DNA from: a virus
Taxonomy: Duplodnaviria > Caudoviricetes
IMG/VR virus record: IMGVR_UViG_3300033070_000552
Location: 24,799 to 88,798 of that record
DNA length: 64,000 bases
Direction: 5' to 3' (one strand)
The translations under genes were made by a program, and so were the position numbers. The notes under the pieces are model-generated. The model did no database searches. It saw only the letters and a list, made by a program, of their open reading frames with translations, and had not been told where the DNA came from. This document shows positions 28,011-37,818 of this stretch, one piece after another (positions within the stretch are counted from its first letter, which is position 1; each line of letters begins with the position of its first letter).

Positions 28011-29951
28011 TCAAACACCGCCAGCCTTACCTCGGCCTCGCTTGGTTCTGCCCGAGGTGGCCCCTGCGGTGGTTGGCTGTCCGCTTGCCCCGTCGGTCTG
28101 GGGGGCTGTTCCACTCCCAGAATTTTTCCCAGAGTTTGGAGTAGTCCCATTGGTCTTTTCCTTGGTGGCCGGTCCCGAACCGATCCCGGTGTCGCTGGCG
28201 GTCGGGATATCTCCGCTCTCGCCTCCATCCTCCATCGGCTGGCCCGTGAGAGGATCGATCGGCCCCGTCGGCTCGGGGTGGGTATCCATCGCGTCGCAAA
28301 GCTCGCCCGCAAGCTCCTCGGGGATGCCAAGGGCGGCGATGAGCATGTCGGGCGTGAGCGACGACTCCCGCTTCATGCCCATGAGCGACTCGGTGATCGT
28401 CGGCGACGTATCGAACATCGCGTCCACGTCGTCCACGTACTCCTTGTGCGGGCCGAACGGGTCGATCTTCTGCGAGAGGGCGATCGCTAAACGCCGCTTG
28501 AGCCGTGGGGGAATGAACGAGGCCGATGAAAGCTCGGAGTTCTGCGCGATCAGATCGTCGATCGTGAACACGTCGAACTGCCGGTTGTAGTGGGTCCGCT
28601 TGTGCGTGTCGTCCCCGGGGTAAATCTCCATCGCCACGAGCAGCTTGTTCTCGACGACCTCGACGGTCTCGGCGATCTTGGTGAGCAGCGTGTAGAGGGC
28701 TTCGAGGTCCCGCTTCTTCTTCTCGGCGCTCTCGGCGACGTTCTTCCCCATCGGCGACATCGAGACAAGCTCGAAGATCGCATTCTTGATCTCGTCGCGG
28801 CGGGACATGAGCGACGCGGCCTGCGACGGATCGCCCGCAATGATCCCGACCTTCGAGTTGGGGTTGGGCAGCACCATCGTGTTTCCAGCACCCTTGTCCG
28901 AGCCCGTGATGTTCTCGGCGGTCTCGCCGGTGATGTACCGCTGCGAGAAGGTGTTCTGGTAAAGTTCCTCGTCGAGTACCGACCCGAGGTTGAAGTGCTG
29001 GCGGTTGAGGTCGGCGATGTCCTTGGACGGGAACGGGAAGATCACGCGGAAGAACGGGCATTGCCCGAATAGATGATCGCCCCGCCCGACCTCGATAAGC
29101 CTCTGCTCGTTCTTCTCGGTCACGATCAGCCGGTAGAGCACCCAGTTCGTTTGTGTCCACTCGCGGTAGTAGATTTGGGTGATCGGCGGCGAGGTGATCG
29201 ATCCCTTGGTGACGACGGTTTCCTCGATCACGACCCGGACGATCTCGCCGCCCGACTCCTCAAAGTCGGCGACGCACCTTGGATCGATCCTCACGATGTA
29301 CGGCCTGCCCTTGTGCTTGGGGTCGACCTTGTTGATCTGCGCGGCCGTCATCTTGGTCTTGCCGTCGGTCGCGAGAATGTTCGCGGCGTCGTACCCAATC
29401 CACGCCTCGGTGTACTTGAGCCCGTCGAGGGTCATCTCGTCGATGTTTTTGTCGAGTTCGATCCGCTCGATCTCGGCGACGATCGCTTCGTCCTCGGGCC
29501 GCACGGGATCGACCCCGAGCACGTAGCTCCAGAACTTGTCGATGATCGGCTTGACGAAATTGACATAGCTCGCCATGCGAAGACGGCGGGAATACTTCTC
29601 GGTCTTGAGCGTGGACTCGGACTTGTTGACGATCTGCGACGCGGTGGGAACGGCCTTGGCGGCGAGGAACGGATCGGCCCGCTCGTTCTCGTGCTCGATG
29701 AGGATCATCTGGCCCTTGTAGTCGGCGGCGAGTCGGTACATGGGGCCGCCGACGTACGAGGCGTCGAGGAAGTTGAACATGAGCTTGCGATCCCGGAGGT
29801 TCTCAAGCGGGAACATCGGGTAGCCGATATCGGTAAAGACCGGGGTCGGCGACGATGGGGCCGCGTCGGGCTTGGAGTTGCCTGGCGATGGGGACATCGC
29901 GGGATTGAACGGGGGCGAGAAGCTCGTGAGGTTCGCGGTGCGAGTTGCCAT
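28011..29951 (-). CDS. portal protein
   Basis: 646 aa between terminase and gp7-like gene; YSRRLRMASYVNFVKPII; acidic tail. Confidence 0.8.
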   Translation of the reverse strand: MATRTANLTSFSPPFNPAMSPSPGNSKPDAAPSSPTPVFTDIGYPMFPLENLRDRKLMFNFLDASYVGGPMYRLAADYKGQMILIEHENERADPFLAAKAVPTASQIVNKSESTLKTEKYSRRLRMASYVNFVKPIIDKFWSYVLGVDPVRPEDEAIVAEIERIELDKNIDEMTLDGLKYTEAWIGYDAANILATDGKTKMTAAQINKVDPKHKGRPYIVRIDPRCVADFEESGGEIVRVVIEETVVTKGSITSPPITQIYYREWTQTNWVLYRLIVTEKNEQRLIEVGRGDHLFGQCPFFRVIFPFPSKDIADLNRQHFNLGSVLDEELYQNTFSQRYITGETAENITGSDKGAGNTMVLPNPNSKVGIIAGDPSQAASLMSRRDEIKNAIFELVSMSPMGKNVAESAEKKKRDLEALYTLLTKIAETVEVVENKLLVAMEIYPGDDTHKRTHYNRQFDVFTIDDLIAQNSELSSASFIPPRLKRRLAIALSQKIDPFGPHKEYVDDVDAMFDTSPTITESLMGMKRESSLTPDMLIAALGIPEELAGELCDAMDTHPEPTGPIDPLTGQPMEDGGESGDIPTASDTGIGSGPATKEKTNGTTPNSGKNSGSGTAPQTDGASGQPTTAGATSGRTKRGRGKAGGV

Positions 29952-29981
29952 GCGATCATCATAGCAACCGGCGAGATTCCG

Positions 29982-30539
29982 TCATCGATTGAAGAGTCGC
30001 CCGCAGTCCTGGCACAGATATCGTCCGCTCGAAACGCCCTGATTGGCGACCTCGGTGGCGTGAACATGAAGGCACGGAGGATGGTCTACCTCCTTGGCGA
30101 TTTCCCGCGCGGACTCAACGTCGTTCTTTGGCTTGCCCTGGATGAAGTCGGGAATCGGCCCTTGGACCAACACACCCTTCGGTTCGGTGATCGGATTGCG
30201 ATGCTCGTTCATCGCCGTAACGGCGTGGGCGAGGCAGTTGCGAAGGTTGTTGGCGGTGAACCGGCGTTCCTCCCAATTCGTCCAGCTTCCCGTAACGATG
30301 ATCGACTCGTTGTTCTTTCCGTTGCCCTCGGGATTCTGGCACAGGAAAGTGATCGACGATCCATCTTCCTCGCGAAGCATATCGATCGCCATAGCGATAT
30401 GGGCCATACGGAGAAGCGGCTGGAGGACCTCGGCCGCTTCGAGATGCAAAAGCGATCCGGGCTTGTCGCCGTGTGCCTTGAGGTCGTTGATGAGTTGTTG
30501 GAAGTTGTTCGAGATGTCGGCGAACGATGGATATGGCAC
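29982..30539 (-). CDS. hypothetical protein
   Basis: GTG 30539 with SD GGAGA; C-terminal CxxC. Confidence 0.55.
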   Translation of the reverse strand: MPYPSFADISNNFQQLINDLKAHGDKPGSLLHLEAAEVLQPLLRMAHIAMAIDMLREEDGSSITFLCQNPEGNGKNNESIIVTGSWTNWEERRFTANNLRNCLAHAVTAMNEHRNPITEPKGVLVQGPIPDFIQGKPKNDVESAREIAKEVDHPPCLHVHATEVANQGVSSGRYLCQDCGRLFNR

Positions 30540-30598
30540 TGGGTGGTTCTCCGTACGTGGGGGCGGCGATATTTCACCGTGAAATAAACCGGGTTCGG

Positions 30599-30802
30599 TC
30601 ATATCTGAAAGAGCGTCTCGCACTCCGGGCAGTAGAATCGCCCGGTCGACAGCGACGGGTTGTTCTGCTCGGGGATGCGGCTACGGTGCTCGCACGATCG
30701 CTCGACCTTGAACGGATGGGCGAGGGCCTGCCGGTCCTTCCCGAGATCGGCCTCGATCTTCGTTTCGTACCCCGGTACCGCGATTGTCGGTTGATTGATC
30801 AT
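30599..30802 (-). CDS. small hypothetical protein with CPEC
   Basis: MINQPTIAV...; downstream of a CGGGAACGTCT copy. Confidence 0.45.
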   Translation of the reverse strand: MINQPTIAVPGYETKIEADLGKDRQALAHPFKVERSCEHRSRIPEQNNPSLSTGRFYCPECETLFQI

Positions 30803-30908
30803 GGAGGTGTATCTCAAAAGTCGATCGGCCGTTCGCGAGTCGCTCGCACCGATCGATGGTTCCACCGAGCCACCAAGCTCGTTGACGGGAGACGTTCCCG
30901 CCACTGGA

Positions 30909-31649
30909 TCAACCCTTGACGGTCTCCCTCGGCACGCACCCGTATTCCTCGCTGCCTACGAGCGGGGCGAGTGCCCCGTGCATCTTCACCACGTCTTGCG
31001 GCTCGCGGAGGTAGTGAATCGCCAGCGAGCACGCGGCCCCGAACGTGTTGCCGCTATGCCCGTCGTCCATCGCGGGCACCCTGATCCGCTGCTCGTTGTA
31101 GGGGAGCTTGTAGAACGCCTCGACGGCCTCGGGCGTCTTGAGGGCGTCAGCGAACGCGACCGCCTGGGTGCAGCAGAACATCTCGTAACCCTCGTACTCC
31201 TGTCGAAACTCGGGGTTGTTCGCGCGGAACTTGTCGATCCGCCGCTTGAAGTGGTCGGGGAGGGAGTTGTATTGGGCGTCGAGCTTCGCCCGACCCGTCG
31301 TCTCGAACTCCTCCAACCGCTTTTGCTTGGTCTCGGCCAGATCGGCCTTGAACTGGGCCTCGTGCTCGGCGGCGGTCTGATACCGGGCCGTGCGCCAATT
31401 GATGAGCCCGAGGCCCTCGCCGCCCGGATGATCCTCGCCGATCAATATGCCCCGCACCGGATAGCCCATGCCCCGCCCGTAAAGACGAACGGTGTTGCCA
31501 ATCTTCGGGGGTGGATCGAGTGGCGGACAATGGATCGAGGTTGATCCATCGAAGGTGAGGTAGGTTCCGCCCCCCGTCGCGGGCTCGACCTTCTCGATCG
31601 CGTGCTCTTGAAACTCCATGTCGTCCGACCATTGCTGTGCCATTTGCAT
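30909..31649 (-). CDS. hypothetical protein (246 aa)
   Basis: SD GGAGA before ATG; clean codon usage. Confidence 0.65.
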   Translation of the reverse strand: MQMAQQWSDDMEFQEHAIEKVEPATGGGTYLTFDGSTSIHCPPLDPPPKIGNTVRLYGRGMGYPVRGILIGEDHPGGEGLGLINWRTARYQTAAEHEAQFKADLAETKQKRLEEFETTGRAKLDAQYNSLPDHFKRRIDKFRANNPEFRQEYEGYEMFCCTQAVAFADALKTPEAVEAFYKLPYNEQRIRVPAMDDGHSGNTFGAACSLAIHYLREPQDVVKMHGALAPLVGSEEYGCVPRETVKG

Positions 31650-31691
31650 TTCTCCGTGCCCACGACCGCCGGGAGACGTTCCCCCACCGCC

Positions 31692-33206
31692 CTACGTCCA
31701 AATCATACGAACTCGCGGCGGGACGCGGATCGGGAACAATTCGCCGATCAGATATCGAATCCCGTCCGAGGTATGCGTGAGCGACTTGTCGGTCGTCTTG
31801 TCCATGTCGGAGGTGCCCTTCTTCCACGCGACCATCTCGAAATCGCGGATCGACTGCTCGCACCTGGGATGGATCGCGAACGCCGTCGGGCGGGCCATCA
31901 GAGCGTTGGTCGCGTTGACCGTCTCGATCACCGAGTAGGTCTCCCGCTGGTATTTCTTGGCCATGCTCGCGACGAGCGGGGGAAGGTCCCGCTCGATCAC
32001 GTCGTAGTCCGACTGGAGGTTGCTCGCGGTGCGGCGCTGGTTGCCCGCCGGATCGCCGTAGACAATCACGGCGGGCTTCTCGCCCGGCGGCATCCCCGAG
32101 ATTTGCTTGATCCGCTCGACGACCTTTGTACACATCTCGGTGGTGCCGATATCGACCTCGACCACCTCGTCGATCACGACGAGCCGCTGGCCGCCGTACC
32201 CGCCGAGCGTTGATTGGAGCTGCGCGATCTCGACGCAGAACGGGTTGCGGTTGAAGTCCCACGTCACATGGAAGGGGAGCCGGGGGTCGGCGGTGATCGT
32301 CGGATCGACGTGCCGCTGGCGGTTGAAGGCGTGGTAGACCGCCCCCTCGGTGACCGCCACGAACATCCCCTTGAGTTCTTGTTGGGCGTACTTGCCCGTG
32401 AACGACGCCGCGAGCATCTCGGTGTAGTCGGCGGGCAGATCGGGGTTGCACTCGGTGGGCATGTGGATCACGCGGCGGGCCGCCGACGGTGGCATCTTCG
32501 CGGCGTTGATGATGAGTTCCTTGTAAATCCAGTCGAAGCCGTTGGGCGATGTCGCGATGCGGATCAGCCGCTGGCGTGCCTTCCTGCACCGAATACGACC
32601 GAGCAGCACGAGGAACGCCTTGTGCTTGGCGTCGCGAAGCTCGTCGACGGCCGCCCACCCGAGCGTCATGCCTCGGATCGAGTCGTAGTTTTCGAGCGAG
32701 CGGACGACGGCCTGCCCCCAGTCACGAACCGAGAGCACGCCGTTGTGCTTGCGGAACCGCGACCTGAACCTCGTCACCTCGCCGGTCTTTGAGTCGGTCT
32801 CGGTCCACGTCTTGGGGGGCTCGCGGTTGTACACGAAGTCCTCGCCGTGGCTCATGCCCATCGCTTCGAGCTGCTCCCAGAGCGCCGGGAGGGTGGACTG
32901 CTCAAGCTGCTTGTAGGTGTTGGCGAAGATACCGCCGATCGTTCCGGTACCCGCCTCGGCGAACATGTGCGAGGTGATGAAGAACCCGAGCCCGAACGTC
33001 TTGCCCGAACCGATCCCCCCGACGGCGGCGACGAGAAACGTCGAGAGGTCGGACACGAAGTCGTATTGGGGTTTCGAGTTTGGCGTGATCGTGTAGACGT
33101 TGGGCTCGCGATCGGCCTTGGACGATTCCTCCTCGGGCGTGGTGATTACCGCCCCGGGGTTGGCGATGGCGAGAAGGTCGCGGGGGGATTGAAAGAGAAG
33201 GCTCAT
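31692..33206 (-). CDS. terL: terminase large subunit
   Basis: Walker A GGIGSGKT, Walker B WAAVDE, nuclease WDFN, YGDPAG, HTSDGIRY. Confidence 0.93.
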   Translation of the reverse strand: MSLLFQSPRDLLAIANPGAVITTPEEESSKADREPNVYTITPNSKPQYDFVSDLSTFLVAAVGGIGSGKTFGLGFFITSHMFAEAGTGTIGGIFANTYKQLEQSTLPALWEQLEAMGMSHGEDFVYNREPPKTWTETDSKTGEVTRFRSRFRKHNGVLSVRDWGQAVVRSLENYDSIRGMTLGWAAVDELRDAKHKAFLVLLGRIRCRKARQRLIRIATSPNGFDWIYKELIINAAKMPPSAARRVIHMPTECNPDLPADYTEMLAASFTGKYAQQELKGMFVAVTEGAVYHAFNRQRHVDPTITADPRLPFHVTWDFNRNPFCVEIAQLQSTLGGYGGQRLVVIDEVVEVDIGTTEMCTKVVERIKQISGMPPGEKPAVIVYGDPAGNQRRTASNLQSDYDVIERDLPPLVASMAKKYQRETYSVIETVNATNALMARPTAFAIHPRCEQSIRDFEMVAWKKGTSDMDKTTDKSLTHTSDGIRYLIGELFPIRVPPRVRMIWT

Positions 33207-34087
33207 GGGGCGGGGGTGGGAGTCGATATCCCTGCGATATCGACCCGGAGACGTTTACCGTCGATGGGGGATTCCTTGTAGAGCCGGTCCTTGGCGATCT
33301 CGACGTACTCGGGCGAGATTTCGATGCCCGTGAAGTACCGCCCGTGCTTGGCCGCGATCACGGCGGTGGTGCCCGAGCCGAGAAACGGGTCGAGCACCAT
33401 GTCGCCGGGTCTGGAGAACGTCTGAACGAGATCCTGGCAGAGCCGGTCGGGGAAGGTCGCGGGGTGGCGGAACTTGGTGGGGTTGGCCTCGGTGACGGTG
33501 CCGCGATAGTCCCACACCGTGCCTCGACACATCGTCGCGGGATTGATCAGTACCTTCCCCGGTTTGTTTTTGACCCATCCGTCCTTACCGAGATGTCCGG
33601 TGCTTCCGCTGCTACGAGTTTTCCCCGGTCGCGATGTCGGGATAAACGTTGTCGACTTATCGAACGCCCGCAACTTCTCGCCGTTGCAGAACACAAAGAC
33701 GTGCTCGTGGTCTCCGCGGAAGCACGTCGGGAAAATGCCCGGGATTCCCCCGCGTCGATAGACCAGATCATCGAACAACCGCCACCCCATCTCCATCCAC
33801 GCGGCCGCCATGCGGATCGACGTGCCCGACCTCAGCCCGTTCTTGCGGGCGTCCTGAATGACCACGATCGCCGCCCCCCCGACAACCGTGGCCCGTTTGA
33901 TCTGCTCGCCGAGCCGCTTGAGATCGACCGACCACTTGCCCTTGTAGTTGCGCAGGTCGTCGTACGGCGGGCTCGTGACCGTGCAATGGATCGACCCGGG
34001 GGCGATCTTCCCCAGTACGTCGTGGCACGAGCCGATGAGGATGCGCGAGCCGTCGGTGAGCTGACGCGGCGTGAGGATGTCACCCAT
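33203..34087 (-). CDS. DNA methyltransferase (N4-cytosine/N6-adenine, beta class)
   Basis: TVTSPPY, HPATFP, VLDPFLGSGTT. Confidence 0.92.
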   Translation of the reverse strand: MGDILTPRQLTDGSRILIGSCHDVLGKIAPGSIHCTVTSPPYDDLRNYKGKWSVDLKRLGEQIKRATVVGGAAIVVIQDARKNGLRSGTSIRMAAAWMEMGWRLFDDLVYRRGGIPGIFPTCFRGDHEHVFVFCNGEKLRAFDKSTTFIPTSRPGKTRSSGSTGHLGKDGWVKNKPGKVLINPATMCRGTVWDYRGTVTEANPTKFRHPATFPDRLCQDLVQTFSRPGDMVLDPFLGSGTTAVIAAKHGRYFTGIEISPEYVEIAKDRLYKESPIDGKRLRVDIAGISTPTPAP

Positions 34088-34388
34088 TGCGCACACCCCC
34101 GAGCAACTCCCCCTCCCGCAGAATGATGTGCTTGGCCCCGCTGATCTCGACCTCGGTCCCGGCGTCCTTGCCGTACACCACCTCGTCGCCGACCTTGACG
34201 GCCATCCTGAGCCGCTCGCCGATCGATCCCCGCTTGCCCTCGGCGAGCTTGCCCGGCCCCGCAGCGACGATCGTGCCGCGCACCTGCTTCTCCTTGGCGA
34301 CCTCGGGAAGGTGAAGCCCGCCCGCCGTGATCGACGACGTATCGAGCGGGCGAATGAGAACGCGATCTTGGGTGGGCGTGATCTTCAT
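34080..34388 (-). CDS. groES: co-chaperonin GroES
   Basis: PTQDRVLIRP, TAGGLHLP...KEKQVRGTIVAAGPG, VKVGDEVVY, ILREGELLG. Confidence 0.92.
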   Translation of the reverse strand: MKITPTQDRVLIRPLDTSSITAGGLHLPEVAKEKQVRGTIVAAGPGKLAEGKRGSIGERLRMAVKVGDEVVYGKDAGTEVEISGAKHIILREGELLGGVRNG

Positions 34389-34414
34389 GGAATGAATCTC
34401 CTTGGCGTGGTCTG

Positions 34415-35008
34415 CTAGACGGCAATCGGTATCGGTTCGTTGAACACCGGACGGGTCATTCTAAAACCACTGGAGGCCGCGCGTCGCACGACCCTCGCGT
34501 CGTAGGCGTCGGACTGCCCGCTGGCGCTGGCGTACCGCATGACCTTGTACCCGGCCTGGTCGATCTTCTTGCCCAGAGCGACAAGCTCGGCAGCGTTGGT
34601 CGGGGCGGGGACGACCACCGACGAGAACAGAAGCCCGCCCGAGATCGGAACCTTGGCGTGGCGAAGCCGAACCGCCGCGTGGTCCCACCTGGGGAACATA
34701 TCGAAGCGGTCGTGCATCGGCCTCTCCCCGCAGTATTCCGCGTAGCACGGGAGCGAGAGCTTGAGCCGGATCAGCGTGAGAAGCTGGTCGTCGAAGTACC
34801 GCTCGTCCCCGAGGAACGCGATCATGCGGGGCCTGTCGTCCCCTCGTGGCATCTCGGCGGCGATGCGGTCGAAAAGATCGTGGAGCTTGTAGCTCTTGCA
34901 CTGCCGCTCGTTGAACACGACCGCCATGACCGGGAGCCCGGCGATGTACCCGTCGCCCCCGAGCCACGACGGGATCAGCGTGTAGAGCGGGTAGAGAGAC
35001 TTGCTCAT
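34415..35008 (-). CDS. degenerate QueE-like (radical-SAM fold) protein lacking CxxxCxxC
   Basis: YPLYTLIPSWLGGDGYIAGLPVMAVVF aligns by eye with QueE YPI.EIF.SIQGEG..AG.PAVF; FLGDE~TGGEP; AEYCG~IETNG. Confidence 0.5.
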   Translation of the reverse strand: MSKSLYPLYTLIPSWLGGDGYIAGLPVMAVVFNERQCKSYKLHDLFDRIAAEMPRGDDRPRMIAFLGDERYFDDQLLTLIRLKLSLPCYAEYCGERPMHDRFDMFPRWDHAAVRLRHAKVPISGGLLFSSVVVPAPTNAAELVALGKKIDQAGYKVMRYASASGQSDAYDARVVRRAASSGFRMTRPVFNEPIPIAV

Positions 35009-35691
35009 GGCGCGGCCTCGGCTTCCCTGCCCTTGGGCCGCATCGCGTCGCGGAGCTTCTGCGAGGCGAGGGCCGAGTCGGCGATCCGCTGGTTGTCGTC
35101 GGCGGCGTTGGCGTCGAGCCTCCGCTCGATCGCCCGGAGAACATACGAGACGACCGACCCGTCGGGGAGGATCAGCCCCGCCCCCGAGAGCATCTTGAAG
35201 TGGGAGACCACGCACGAGGACGGCATCGACGTACGCTGGTCGATCGCGAAGAGAACCGCGTTGGCGTGATCGGCGACGCGGGACCAGCACCACGAAAGCA
35301 CCGCCTCATCCCCGACGGCGAGTATCTCGCGAGGGATCGGGTCGCTCGCGGCCACCGATCGAAGCGTGTGCGACGCCGAGGCCCACCCCGAGACGAACTC
35401 GATCCAATACGGGATACCAAAGCACACGCCCATCCTCCACCGCTCGCTCTCGTGGCGAGTAGCGATGGCGGCGACCTCCTGGGCGAACGTCCTCGCCGGT
35501 TCTTGCGATGGCCCTTTGGACTTCACCCTTTGAGTTTCTCCAGACCCTCGATGCCGATCGCGGGGCCGAGCGTCGGGTCCTCGGAGTAAAGCCACCGCTT
35601 CTCGTCGGCGCTGAGCGTCGTGAAGAACATCTCGCGGCACCTGTCGCACCCCCGCTCGGTGACGTGCCAGATCGACGAGATGATCTCGCAC
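35005..35691 (-). CDS. hypothetical protein (start uncertain)
   Basis: 3' half reads as coding; ATGA coupling to the next gene. Confidence 0.45.
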   Translation of the reverse strand: MRDHLVDLARHRAGVRQVPRDVLHDAQRRREAVALLRGPDARPRDRHRGSGETQRVKSKGPSQEPARTFAQEVAAIATRHESERWRMGVCFGIPYWIEFVSGWASASHTLRSVAASDPIPREILAVGDEAVLSWCWSRVADHANAVLFAIDQRTSMPSSCVVSHFKMLSGAGLILPDGSVVSYVLRAIERRLDANAADDNQRIADSALASQKLRDAMRPKGREAEAAP

Positions 35692-35900
35692 CGGCGGGCG
35701 AGCTGCGAGGCCGACTGCTGCTCCTGGGGCGATACCTCAAGGTCGGCGTCGTCCTTCCCGCAGAGCGTGCGGGTCTTGACCGCGTACTCGACCCCCGGCG
35801 TTACAAGGGCGTCGCCGGGGATCACGATCGGGCCACGGCGGACCGTGTAGGGGGCGCGCGGTTTATTCCAGACGATCGGAAGTTGGTGGGGATGCGGCAT
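35523..35900 (-). CDS. hypothetical protein (125 aa)
   Basis: ORF with CxxC (GCDRC). Confidence 0.5.
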   Translation of the reverse strand: MPHPHQLPIVWNKPRAPYTVRRGPIVIPGDALVTPGVEYAVKTRTLCGKDDADLEVSPQEQQSASQLARRCEIISSIWHVTERGCDRCREMFFTTLSADEKRWLYSEDPTLGPAIGIEGLEKLKG

Positions 35901-35997
35901 GACGGAAAGCCTCCATTGGCGATCAGTGTAGACGATCGGGGATTGTTCCGCACAATCGGTGGAGGGGTCGGTTTATTTCACCATGAAATAAAACGGG

Positions 35998-36648
35998 TCA
36001 GCAATCGCGAAGAACCCCGTTCTGGAGCATCGCGTGGTACGAGCCCTTGAGAATCGATCCGCCCCCGGCCCCGCACGTCAGCCCGTTCTTGTCGACGGTG
36101 ATGTTCGGGGCCTCGCCGTGACGCACCCAGCACTTGTGCTCGTGGTCGCCCTTCCTGTCGCAGTTCGAGCATTGCCCGTCGATCATCCAGTCGCCGCCAG
36201 GGGTCCGCACCACGAGGCACCGACCGTCGGGTCCGCGATTGCGTCGATCCTTGTCGCTCTGGTACTGGAGATGACCGTCGACCATCCAGTCGGCGAACCA
36301 CATCGCGCCGGGCGGTGCGTTTCGCATCTCGATAATCTCGCCGGTATCGGTGCGCTTCCAGAAGTTCTTCCACGACGCGACCCGGTAGTCCTTGTCAGTG
36401 AACTCGTACCCGCAGGCGCACCTTCTCGGCCATCGCGGGTCATTGTCGCCCGGGGTCCAGCTATACGACCGCTCGATCTCGCTGGAGGGGTCAACGACGA
36501 GATCGACCTCGGCGTGGCAGTATCCGAGCTTGGGATTTGCCGGGCAGGCGACCCGCCCATCGAACCCACGGAAATAGCTCAGCGTCTTGGGGTGCGGAAG
36601 CGGGGTATCGTGAACCGGATCGATCATAAAGCACTTGATCTCTGCCAT
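35998..36648 (-). CDS. Cys/His-rich protein, DUF6527-like C-terminus
   Basis: MAEIKC... PGAMWF..., HKCWVRHGEAPNITV...GSI...YHAMLQNG. Confidence 0.55.
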   Translation of the reverse strand: MAEIKCFMIDPVHDTPLPHPKTLSYFRGFDGRVACPANPKLGYCHAEVDLVVDPSSEIERSYSWTPGDNDPRWPRRCACGYEFTDKDYRVASWKNFWKRTDTGEIIEMRNAPPGAMWFADWMVDGHLQYQSDKDRRNRGPDGRCLVVRTPGGDWMIDGQCSNCDRKGDHEHKCWVRHGEAPNITVDKNGLTCGAGGGSILKGSYHAMLQNGVLRDC

Positions 36649-36653
36649 TGGGT

Positions 36654-36965
36654 TTATCCCGGTTTCGATGTGATGAGTTCGCCGCTGGTGATGTTGCCGT
36701 GCCAGTGGCCCGTCTTTTCCGCGTTGACCGATGGTTCCAAGGTGATCGTCTCGAACGTGTCGCCGGTTCGATTCCAGACCAGACCCTCGACGTGGGGATG
36801 CGGCCACGGAACCCCAAGCCTGGACAACATCGCGTCGTCGAACGAGGGCTTGAACAAAACCGTAATCCGCGTGGCCCGGCAGTGGGGGCACTCGAACGAA
36901 AGCCCGGTTACGGGTCCGTCTGAGAACGCCCTTGTCCATCGCGGATTAAAGTCCGTCAATCGCAT
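36654..36965 (-). CDS. DUF6527-like protein
   Basis: FECPHC...WNRTGDTFETITLEPSV....HWHGNITSG. Confidence 0.6.
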   Translation of the reverse strand: MRLTDFNPRWTRAFSDGPVTGLSFECPHCRATRITVLFKPSFDDAMLSRLGVPWPHPHVEGLVWNRTGDTFETITLEPSVNAEKTGHWHGNITSGELITSKPG

Positions 36966-36974
36966 GGCTTTATC

Positions 36975-37799
36975 CTATCGCCCCACGATCGGCCTCGCCC
37001 CCGCGTCGAAGATTCGTATCTCGCTCTTAATATCGATCGACCCCCGGAGGATCACGGCCCGGGTCGACGGCACCGACAACGCCCCCGCGACCTGGACCTT
37101 CCAGAACTGGTCCTTGGTGCAGAGCCGGTACCCGCGACCCTCGACGAACCACCCTACGCATGGCGAGAGGGGCTTGCCCGGGGCGATGTACTTTGACCAC
37201 GCCTCCATCGTGCGGTGCTGCTTGTACATCGACGGCGACGGAACCCTCCCGGGCATCGCCGTCGATGGCGTGAAGTCGTCGTCCTCGTGGTAGTAGAGCG
37301 ATGGAGAGATTTCGTCCCACCCCTTGGCGAACTCTTCGAGCATCGCGATACGCGACGGCATGAGCGGGGAGTTCTCGCCGTGGATGAGGTACGCCTGGTC
37401 GACGTACGCCGAGAGCGTGAGGTGGGGGTACGCCGCCCTGATCTCGTCCCTCGCGAGCTTCATCTCGCGGAACGGCCACCCCGCCCACTCGTCCCGTTCC
37501 TCGTGGAAGTGAACAACGATTCGGTAGGGGCCCTGCGCCGGGATCAGTATCTTTCGCTTCGACACCGCGACGAAGGGATCGATCGTTAGCGCCTCGGCGA
37601 ACGAGGGGAAGACGGCCCGGTGCCAGTTGGTCATGAACGCCGTCGTCTGGTGGTTGGCCCCCCACGGGGCCGGGGGATGGCCTAGGAAGCCCCCGGAGCG
37701 ATTCGAGATCGCGGTCGCGTATTCGACGGACCTCCCCGTCGAAACGGCAGGGAAAGGCTTGTAGGGGAAGGAAGCGAGGTCGGACGGGTGGTCGGTCAC
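36975..37799 (-). CDS. hypothetical protein, possible TIM-barrel glycoside hydrolase
   Basis: GTG 37799; VVHFHEE, DEISPSLY, AVILRGS weakly recall GH TIM barrels. Confidence 0.4.
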   Translation of the reverse strand: MTDHPSDLASFPYKPFPAVSTGRSVEYATAISNRSGGFLGHPPAPWGANHQTTAFMTNWHRAVFPSFAEALTIDPFVAVSKRKILIPAQGPYRIVVHFHEERDEWAGWPFREMKLARDEIRAAYPHLTLSAYVDQAYLIHGENSPLMPSRIAMLEEFAKGWDEISPSLYYHEDDDFTPSTAMPGRVPSPSMYKQHRTMEAWSKYIAPGKPLSPCVGWFVEGRGYRLCTKDQFWKVQVAGALSVPSTRAVILRGSIDIKSEIRIFDAGARPIVGR

Positions 37800-37818
37800 A
37801 ACAAATCCCCGTGGGAGG

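Noticed and set aside
33203-35900. Terminase small subunit upstream of terL
   Set aside because: No ORF there shows a recognisable TerS HTH/coiled-coil pattern; left unassigned.
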